A stretch of 60,268 nucleotides of DNA, the filler included. It is 5 parts of 5 records of this genome, joined end to end, with 100 filler letters (N's around TTAATTAATTAA, not from the genome) between each part and the next. Parts side by side here need not be neighbours in the genome. Positions count along the whole stretch, not along the records: positions 7,931 to 21,226 come from SRR31156797_9541; positions 21,327 to 30,657 come from SRR31156797_9543; 3 more parts are not named here. The stretch is one strand, 5' to 3'. The position numbers and the translations under genes were made by a program. The notes under the pieces are model-generated. The model did no database searches and was not told the origin of the DNA. It was given only the letters and a program-made list of their open reading frames with translations. Numbering within the stretch: position 1 is the first letter of the stretch; every line of letters starts with the position of its first letter. Shown piece after piece: positions 20,370 through 27,792 of the stretch.

Positions 20370-20735
20370 CTATTTTACAGTTTCTAGACCTTTATCAATC
20401 CATCCATAATTGATTCCACCATCAAGCTCATATACATTTTTATAACCAAGCTGTAAGCCCATAAGCTCACCAATTGCTTTTGTTCTATTAGCATGAGCAC
20501 ATACTAAAATAAAAGGTTGCTCTTTATCTACTACAACTTTGGTAAACTCTTCTAAAAACTTATCAAGATCGTATCTTCCAAACTCATCAAAAAAAGTGAT
20601 CTTATGACTCCCCTCAATAATTCCATAATGCTCCCACTCTTCAACTCGTCGTACATCAATAACAGCATATCCTTCTTGCTGTTTTTGTTTAAACTCTTCT
20701 GTTGAGAGTGATTTAAATGGTCCAAAATTTAACAT
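20370..20735 (-). CDS. Rhodanese-like domain protein
   Basis: IDVRR.EEW...GII.G, LVCAHANRT, YELDGGI..W. Confidence 0.88.
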   Translation of the reverse strand: MLNFGPFKSLSTEEFKQKQQEGYAVIDVRRVEEWEHYGIIEGSHKITFFDEFGRYDLDKFLEEFTKVVVDKEQPFILVCAHANRTKAIGELMGLQLGYKNVYELDGGINYGWIDKGLETVK

Positions 20736-20763
20736 ATGATTTCCTTTGTCTTAATTTAAAATG

Positions 20764-21226
20764 TTATTCGTTACGTAACACATCAAGTACATCAATTTGC
20801 GTTACTTTTTTAGATGGATAGTATGATGAGATAAATACGATTATAACACTCCCAATCACTATAGAAATAAAATCGATCATATCAAGATCAAGTGGTAGTT
20901 TACTCGTTCCATATACATCAGCAGGGAGTGATACAATATCAAAGTTATCTAAAAGATACATTCCAAAAAAACCTAAACCTATCCCTACTATAACCCCTGC
21001 ACATCCTATAATAATACCTAGTCTTAAAAAGATCTGTTTTACTTCTTTTACGGAGGCTCCTAAAGATAAAAGAAGTGCAATCTCTTTTCTTCTACTCATC
21101 ACTGTCATTAAAAGGGAGCTGATAATATTTAAAGATGCTATTAAAATGATAAGCATCAATACTATAAATAAGGCTTTTTTCTCCATCTCCATTGCAGCAA
21201 AAAAGTTTCCATTTTGTTGCCACCAA
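20764..21226 (-). CDS. Lipoprotein-releasing ABC permease LolC/E, C-terminal fragment
   Basis: WWQQNGNFFAAMEMEKKALF, NIISSL, RRKEIALL, YYPS...LRNE. 5' end is cut by the linker. Confidence 0.88.
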
Positions 21227-21326
21227 NNNNNNNNNNNNNNNNNNNNNNNNNNNNNNNNNNNNNNNNNNNNTTAATTAATTAANNNNNNNNNNNNNNNNNN
21301 NNNNNNNNNNNNNNNNNNNNNNNNNN
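21227..21326. other. Artificial contig linker
   Basis: 44 N + TTAATTAATTAA + 44 N. Confidence 0.99.
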
Positions 21327-21366
21327 ACTAGGGAAAGATAGAAAGGAGTTCGAAAACTTAATAAAA

Positions 21367-21449
21367 CTGACCTCCTCCCTTGTTAACGGTTTCTCCTCAG
21401 GTCAGGAGAAACCTATCGCGCGGATAGCGGGAAAAATTTCAGTCAGCCT
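21367..21449. repeat. GC-rich nested-hairpin element at the contig edge (IS end or structured RNA; unresolved)
   Basis: GGTTTCTCCT/AGGAGAAACC stem at 21388-21413, TATC/GATA stem, and outer CTGAC/GTCAG. Confidence 0.4.
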
Positions 21450-21487
21450 AATTTGATTTATAGGATGCTTAATTTTCTTAAACAATT

Positions 21488-21518
21488 AAAAATCCCTCTT
21501 CAAATTTATGAAGAGGGA
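21488..21518 (-). terminator. Intrinsic terminator of the DUF116 gene
   Basis: TCCCTCTTCA/TGAAGAGGGA stem followed by a T-run on the minus strand. Confidence 0.75.
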
Positions 21519-21527
21519 AAATAAATT

Positions 21528-22646
21528 CTATTTCTGTTCTACTATTTTCAATAATTGTGATACAAATAGTTCAGTAGCTCTGTCACCGTCCCAATGTTTA
21601 GAACATCCTGCGAAGTTAAGCAGGACACATTGTGAAGGGATGTTAAGCCTTCTCATTTCATAACCTCCTGTTAGGAGATTAAGTAAACAAGCGACTCCAA
21701 TTATTCCTGTATGTTCCTGATCACGCCAATTTTCCAACCAAACAGAAAAATTTGATGAATGTGGAATAAGTGCAATTTCAAAATCATGCATTTTACTGAT
21801 TTGAACTATTTTACTTATATTACAGCTCTTATTACACTCAGAACATTTGTATGCTTTGTCAGTTTTTACAGCTTTACACGCATTACCTATGTTCATACAT
21901 GTAGGGAGTAAAACAATTTTTTTCTTAGTTTTAATAAATTTTTTCTTATAAACTCTATTTAATATTTCTGCACAGACCATATTTAAGTAATATTCATTTG
22001 GTTTTCGACCTGTAAAGATAATATCTTCTTTGAACCTATATTTCTCTTTTTGAGTATTAAGAAATAAAGCAGTATTCCCTAAATAACTCTTTAGAAAATT
22101 TGAAGATATTTTATTTAAATAGATAGAAAATTCAAGTGATGAGTAAATTATTGAGTTGAACTTTACATTTGAAATCTCCTTTGAATATGCTTCCCATATT
22201 CTTAACCTTTTGACTTCTTCATTAAATTCATGCGAAGCTTCAAGCCATCTGATTAATTTAGAAAAAATATTTTTTGAAATTGTGATGCCGTTATAATCCT
22301 CTTTAAGAAGGAATCCGGTATTTAATACACCTCTGACTTTGTCAACATAAGGCTTCAAAGTCTTATTCTTTTTTCTTAGTTTGTATAGAGTATTGAGTAA
22401 ATTTGCTTCTGGTTTTGAAAGCTTTACAGCGTTTTTAGTATAATTTTCCCAAAGAGTTCCAATCATCAGTAGTTCGATCAAATACTCTTCTCGTGTTCTC
22501 AATTTTTCAATGTTATGTGAATTGATAAAATTTGAGAAATCCTTAATAATGTTCTTATACTTTTTACCATATGAAATCATTTGATCAGTAGCATGTGATA
22601 CGTCTTCATAATAGTTCTGACCTAAGTAATAGGTTTTAGGAAACAT
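21528..22646 (-). CDS. DUF116-domain protein with a long helical N-terminal region
   Basis: C-terminal LLPTCM, CSECNKSC, IPHSS, GIIGVAC..NL..G, IPSQCVLL...GC..HW. Confidence 0.75.
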   Translation of the reverse strand: MFPKTYYLGQNYYEDVSHATDQMISYGKKYKNIIKDFSNFINSHNIEKLRTREEYLIELLMIGTLWENYTKNAVKLSKPEANLLNTLYKLRKKNKTLKPYVDKVRGVLNTGFLLKEDYNGITISKNIFSKLIRWLEASHEFNEEVKRLRIWEAYSKEISNVKFNSIIYSSLEFSIYLNKISSNFLKSYLGNTALFLNTQKEKYRFKEDIIFTGRKPNEYYLNMVCAEILNRVYKKKFIKTKKKIVLLPTCMNIGNACKAVKTDKAYKCSECNKSCNISKIVQISKMHDFEIALIPHSSNFSVWLENWRDQEHTGIIGVACLLNLLTGGYEMRRLNIPSQCVLLNFAGCSKHWDGDRATELFVSQLLKIVEQK

Positions 22647-22875
22647 TGGTTCACCCTAACTCTCTATAGTTTAAAATTTATTTACTCAAAATTTACTATT
22701 AAATTCTACTACAAAAAATAAACTTTTTGAAGTATTATTTTTAATAAAAACAAGGAAATTGTGTATTTTCTTAGAAAATAATAGTAATATTTACTTTATT
22801 TTTTCATAAAACTTAAGATATAATTATATAAAGACTTAATTAGCGCAATTATTTAATTTGTTAGGAGGGAGAAAA

Positions 22876-23766
22876 ATGAGTAAATTACAATTTGTAGATT
22901 TACATGTTCATACCGAATTTAGTAGAGGAAAATCTCTCAGTAATATTAATGAAATAGTGGAAAGGGCATTAGAGTTTAATATGTCGGCTTTAGCAATAAC
23001 TGATAGTGAGTCACTGTCAGGAATACCTGAATTTTATATAAAATGTAAAGAAGCAGGTATTAAACCTATTCTAGGTGCCGGTTTTAATTTTGAACCTGAT
23101 TATGGTTTTTCTGATGATCACAGAAAATACCATATAGTTTTACTGGCGAAAAATAAAAAAGGTTATAGGAACTTATTAAAATTAATGAAAGCAGCATATG
23201 AAGATACTCCTAAAGAATTACCTAGATTAGATATGAAATTGTTAGCCGAATATGCAGATGATTTGATTTGTTTAAGTGGTGGTTTTGGAGGAGTACTTGA
23301 TAAATTGCTTCTGGAAGATGAAAAAACTAAAGCAATAAGAGTCGTAGAATTTTTTATAGAAAATTTTGGTTCAGAAAATTTTTATGTTGAATTGCAAGAT
23401 CATGAATTTGAAAATAATAAACATAAAATGGTGGAGTTTGTTAATTTTTCACTTGAAGCTAATCTCAATGTGGTTGTAACTGGTGGGAGCTTTTATGTGA
23501 TGAGAACAGATTCAATTTGGAATGATGAACTGCGTAGAAATAAAAATCAGAATGAATTAGATGGAAATTCATATTATTTCAAGTCTCCTGATGAGATCTT
23601 TGATGTTTTTCATGATCAAATGAAAGGTATAGAAAATTCTATTAAAATTTCAGATGCCTGCAATGTTGAATTAGACGAAAAATTACTTAAGAGCTTGAAG
23701 TTTAATATTGATGATGATGAGCTAACAAATATTGATAAACAGTTAGAAGTTTTATTTAGTGAATAA
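22876..23766 (+). CDS. Stand-alone PHP domain of the DNA polymerase III alpha (DnaE) type, metal site degenerate
   Basis: LHVHTEFS, ALAITD, GIKPILG, HIVLLAKN..GYRNL, LICLSG, FYVELQ, YFKSPDE. AGGAGG RBS before ATG 22876. Ends after the PHP region. Confidence 0.85.
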   Translation: MSKLQFVDLHVHTEFSRGKSLSNINEIVERALEFNMSALAITDSESLSGIPEFYIKCKEAGIKPILGAGFNFEPDYGFSDDHRKYHIVLLAKNKKGYRNLLKLMKAAYEDTPKELPRLDMKLLAEYADDLICLSGGFGGVLDKLLLEDEKTKAIRVVEFFIENFGSENFYVELQDHEFENNKHKMVEFVNFSLEANLNVVVTGGSFYVMRTDSIWNDELRRNKNQNELDGNSYYFKSPDEIFDVFHDQMKGIENSIKISDACNVELDEKLLKSLKFNIDDDELTNIDKQLEVLFSE

Positions 23767-23773
23767 GAAAAGT

Positions 23774-23808
23774 GGCAGCTTGATAAGTATATTAGCTTAT
23801 CAGCTGCC
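23774..23808. terminator. Bidirectional terminator between convergent genes
   Basis: GGCAGCT(T)GATAAG / CTTATCAGCTGCC stem. Confidence 0.7.
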
Positions 23809-23817
23809 TTATTTTAA

Positions 23818-25287
23818 TTAAACACTAGTTAATATAGGTGTTTTAATATTTTCTTTTTTAAAGTCTGGTGTTTTTCCAGTTTTCTGAGCCCCAATAGAGT
23901 GTAAAAAATTAATTATTTCAATATTATTAGTTGCAATTGCATAATCAAGTGCAGTATAGCCTTCTGAATCAAATGAATTCATTAATTCAAAATCACTACT
24001 AACAATTTTTTTAACTAATTCCAAATTTTCATTTTGGCAGGCTGTAATCAATATATTTTGATTATTCATATCTTTAGTGTTGGTATTTGCATTTTTCGAC
24101 ATAAGATATTCTGCTATTCTTGTTTTATTTTCGAAGACTGCATTGTGTAGAGCTGATTGACCAAAGTCATTTTTAGCTTCAATATTTACACTGTTATCAA
24201 GTAAAAATTTAACTGTTTCATATTTTTCGAAATATATTGCAAACATAAGAGGTGTTTTTCCATAAACTGCTTTTGAATTTATATCAACACCTTTATCTAA
24301 TAAAAATTTAATAGCTTCGTTACTACCATTTCCGGCAGCCATTGTTATAGGTGTTAGATCCGCAAGAGATTTGTAATTAATGTCCGCTCCGGCTTCGAAT
24401 AATGCATTTACTATTGTCATATTATTTGAAGTAATTGCAAGCATAAGAGGAGTTAATCCTTGCGAGTCCTCAAAATTAACATTAGCACCTTTATCTATTA
24501 AAGTTTGAACTAAAGATGAGTTAATACTGCCAATAGCATAATTTAAAGCTGTGTCTTGATTAATATCCACTAAAGAAATGTCTGCATTCATTTTAATTAA
24601 ATAGTTAGCTATTTGTTTTTGATCTTTTGATATCGCAAACATTAACGGTGTAGTATCCTCGAATCCTCTTGCGTTAATGTCTACACCAAATTTAATTAAT
24701 GCTTCAACAAGCTGAAAATTACCTGATGCTATTGCAAGTTCTAAAGCTGACATAGATGTTGGAGTATTTAAGGTTGCATCAGCACCATTCTCCAGTAGGA
24801 AGCTAAAAATATACATAGAATTATTAACCATAGCAGTTACCAATGGTGTCGCTCCTTCTTTAGCGAACGAGTTAACGTCGGCTCCAGCATTTACGAGACT
24901 TACTACAGCGTCATAATTTCTTAATTCAGTTGCAATTTGAATGGCTGTAATACCATCATCAGTTTGAATATTAACATCAGCTTTATATTTTATTAATATA
25001 TCAATTATTTCTAAATTCTGTAATTCTGTTGCATATATTAGAGCTGTTTTTCCATTCATATCTTTTGTATTTGGACTGTATCCTCCTTCTTTTAACCAGT
25101 ATTCAACATCCCAAACATCTTGCTTTTTAGTTGCTAATATTAACTCAGTTGTTTTTCCATCAACAACTTGCATGAAATTGGAATTATTAGAACAACCTAA
25201 AATAAAAAGTAAAACGAGTGATAATAAAATTGTAATAACTTTTGAGTTTTCACGACCAGCTTTCATTAATTTCCCTTGTAGTTTCAT
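23818..25287 (-). CDS. Ankyrin-repeat lipoprotein (~12 repeats)
   Basis: Repeated G.TPL..A/G.TAL..A...GADVN units; lipobox FILGC after a hydrophobic stretch; RBS AAGGGG. Confidence 0.9.
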   Translation of the reverse strand: MKLQGKLMKAGRENSKVITILLSLVLLFILGCSNNSNFMQVVDGKTTELILATKKQDVWDVEYWLKEGGYSPNTKDMNGKTALIYATELQNLEIIDILIKYKADVNIQTDDGITAIQIATELRNYDAVVSLVNAGADVNSFAKEGATPLVTAMVNNSMYIFSFLLENGADATLNTPTSMSALELAIASGNFQLVEALIKFGVDINARGFEDTTPLMFAISKDQKQIANYLIKMNADISLVDINQDTALNYAIGSINSSLVQTLIDKGANVNFEDSQGLTPLMLAITSNNMTIVNALFEAGADINYKSLADLTPITMAAGNGSNEAIKFLLDKGVDINSKAVYGKTPLMFAIYFEKYETVKFLLDNSVNIEAKNDFGQSALHNAVFENKTRIAEYLMSKNANTNTKDMNNQNILITACQNENLELVKKIVSSDFELMNSFDSEGYTALDYAIATNNIEIINFLHSIGAQKTGKTPDFKKENIKTPILTSV

Positions 25288-25474
25288 AACAAATACCCCT
25301 TTTAATTTAATATTGTAAAACATCTCGTTTATTATATCACAATTTTTTCAAATTACAACACTCAAAAAAACTCCTCGATTATTATATGAAAATGATTCGA
25401 AATTTCATTTGTCATAAAATCTAAAAACGAGTCAAATTTATTAAAAAAATGAGTTTATAGTCTTATTTGGCAAT

Positions 25475-25505
25475 AAAAAAACACCTGCACTTTCATGCAG
25501 GTGTT
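25475..25505 (-). terminator. Intrinsic terminator
   Basis: AACACCTGCA/TGCAGGTGTT stem with a minus-strand T-run just after the stop at 25510. Confidence 0.8.
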
Positions 25506-25509
25506 ATAT

Positions 25510-26325
25510 TTAATCCCAACTATCTGTAAATTTATTAGCCAGTTTCATTATTTTTTCGTTTTTTAACTCTTTTATTGTTTCAAAATTACGAAGAGCTATC
25601 TCCATTCTAGCAAGCATTACTTCCTGTGCATATGGCTTGACTATATAATCATTAGCACCAGCTAGTAATACATGCGAGATCGTCTTAGAGTTCGCAATTG
25701 ATGAAACAGCTATAATAGGAACATGTTTATCAACGTCTCTAATTTTCATTATTACTTGTTCGCCGGATGAATCTTTTAGAACCATATCAATTAGATATAG
25801 ATCAAATTTGACTTCGGATTTAATGATCTCCTTTGGATCGTAGTAGTAAGTAACATTAGTAATATTGTTTGCTCCGAAGATCTCTTTTAATCGCTCAAGC
25901 TCAAATTTACTGTCATCCAATACAGCAATTTCTGAATCTCTTAGTAATTGTAATAGTTCCGATTCTTTAGTAAAACTTATTATGTTCTTAACTATTTCTT
26001 CGATAGGTGTACTTTTTAGTATGTAATCGACAATTCCCAGTTCAAAAATTTTCATTCTTTTTTCAATATCAGTGTTAGAAGTAATAACAAAAATAGGAAC
26101 ATTTTTGAAATCACTTTTACTTAACTTATTGATAAAGGACTCAACATCTTCATCTTCAAATTCAACAGCTGTTAAGATAATATTTATTTTAGGATAATTT
26201 TTTAAAGCAAGTGAAGCTTCTTCAAGTGATGAAGCACCAATATATTTAAAACCTGCTTTAGAAAAGAGATCAGCAAATATCTTTCTGAAAAAATAACTTG
26301 CATCTATATGTAAAACTGTATACAT
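25510..26325 (-). CDS. Tandem receiver-domain protein without an output domain
   Basis: REC1 (HIDAS, ILTAVEF, DYILK) and REC2 (VLDDS, LIDMVL, DYIVKP); GGAGG RBS. Confidence 0.85.
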   Translation of the reverse strand: MYTVLHIDASYFFRKIFADLFSKAGFKYIGASSLEEASLALKNYPKINIILTAVEFEDEDVESFINKLSKSDFKNVPIFVITSNTDIEKRMKIFELGIVDYILKSTPIEEIVKNIISFTKESELLQLLRDSEIAVLDDSKFELERLKEIFGANNITNVTYYYDPKEIIKSEVKFDLYLIDMVLKDSSGEQVIMKIRDVDKHVPIIAVSSIANSKTISHVLLAGANDYIVKPYAQEVMLARMEIALRNFETIKELKNEKIMKLANKFTDSWD

Positions 26326-26577
26326 TTATTCGCCTCCAAGAGTAAGCTATATTTGAATAATATTCTATTATCTATTAAATAATACTTCTTTTAAGAAAAA
26401 AAGTCAAAAAATAAAAGAAAATAGTTTGTAAAATGTCAGTTGAATAAATTGAACAAAAAATATTTTTTATTAAAATATAGCAGTTCTAGATATTTTTTCA
26501 ATAATCATGTATACTGTGATATAGAAATCATGAGAGTTTAAACTTAATAAACTTATGATAGTTTGGGGGAATTAATT

Positions 26578-27792
26578 ATGAAAATTTTGCATTGTTCGGA
26601 TATTCATTTAGGGAAACGTCCTTTAGGTGGAGTTGGTGATTTTTCAAAAAAGAGATATGAAGATTACTTTGCTTCATTTAATAGAATAGCTGAAGCTGCA
26701 ATTGCAAATAAGATAGATGTAATGTTGATTAGTGGTGATTTTTTTGATAAAAAAAATATTTCTCCGGAAATATTAGAAAGAACTGAAGTGATTCTTAAAA
26801 GAATTTATGAACATAATATAAAAGTACTTTTAATTGAGGGGAATCATGACAATATAGTAAAAGGAAGCGAATCAGGTTCGTGGATTGTATATCTTGAAAA
26901 CAAAGATTTAGTAAAGAGGTTAAGTTATTCGCTTGAAAAAGTAGAAGATGAAAGAGTATATAAGTTTGAAAAAATTGAAATAGATAATATAGATTTTTAT
27001 GGACTTGGGTATCCCGGTATAATGGTTGATGAAGTGATGAATGAATTAAATGAGCAAATTGATTCTGAACGAAAAAATATAATTATGGTTCATACTGCTA
27101 TTTCGGAGAATGACTTCCTGCCCGGTACTGTAAAGAGAGATACAGTTAATAAATTTAAAGATAAGGCTATATATATTGCCGGAGGACATTTTCATTCTTA
27201 TACAGCATATCCAAAGGAGAACCCTTATTTTTTTATTCCTGGTTCAAGTGAGTATTGGAATATCTTGAATGAGAAAAAGCAAAAGAAAGGTTTTATAATA
27301 TTTGATGCGGAAACTTGTGAGCATGAGTTTCACGGGGTAAAAACTAGAAATCAAATATACCTGCAATTAGAAATTTTAGCAAATGATCAAGAGGAGTTTA
27401 GAGAGGAATTGGATAAAAAAGTATCTGAACTTGAGATTGAAGAAAATGAAGATATTGTTATTCTTGAATTAAAACCTGTGAATAATTTTTATATTAATAT
27501 TGAGGAGTGCGAAAAGATTTTAACTGAAAAAGGTGCGTTAAAAGCCTATGTTAATGTTAAATATCCTATTTTAAATGAAGTTAATTTAGATAGTGATCTA
27601 TTATCAATAGAAACCGTTGAAAAAAATATTATTTCCAAAGATTGGGCAGAATTTAGCGGAGAAGCTGAAAAAACAGCCGAATTTTTAAAAAATCTTAAAG
27701 AGTTTCAAAGAACAAGTGAAAAAGATCTATTCACTGATACTTTTGACTCAATGATAGAAACAATAATTGGGGATGAGAATAGTGAGAATTAA
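26578..27792 (+). CDS. sbcD: SbcD/Mre11 nuclease
   Basis: SDIHLG, GDFFD, GNHD, MVHT, GHFH metallophosphoesterase motifs; overlaps sbcC. Confidence 0.92.
   Translation: MKILHCSDIHLGKRPLGGVGDFSKKRYEDYFASFNRIAEAAIANKIDVMLISGDFFDKKNISPEILERTEVILKRIYEHNIKVLLIEGNHDNIVKGSESGSWIVYLENKDLVKRLSYSLEKVEDERVYKFEKIEIDNIDFYGLGYPGIMVDEVMNELNEQIDSERKNIIMVHTAISENDFLPGTVKRDTVNKFKDKAIYIAGGHFHSYTAYPKENPYFFIPGSSEYWNILNEKKQKKGFIIFDAETCEHEFHGVKTRNQIYLQLEILANDQEEFREELDKKVSELEIEENEDIVILELKPVNNFYINIEECEKILTEKGALKAYVNVKYPILNEVNLDSDLLSIETVEKNIISKDWAEFSGEAEKTAEFLKNLKEFQRTSEKDLFTDTFDSMIETIIGDENSEN

Noticed and set aside
20222-20413. 63-aa plus-strand ORF
   Set aside because: TTG start, no RBS, overlaps the rhodanese gene end and covers the likely promoter of the FIST-PP2C gene.
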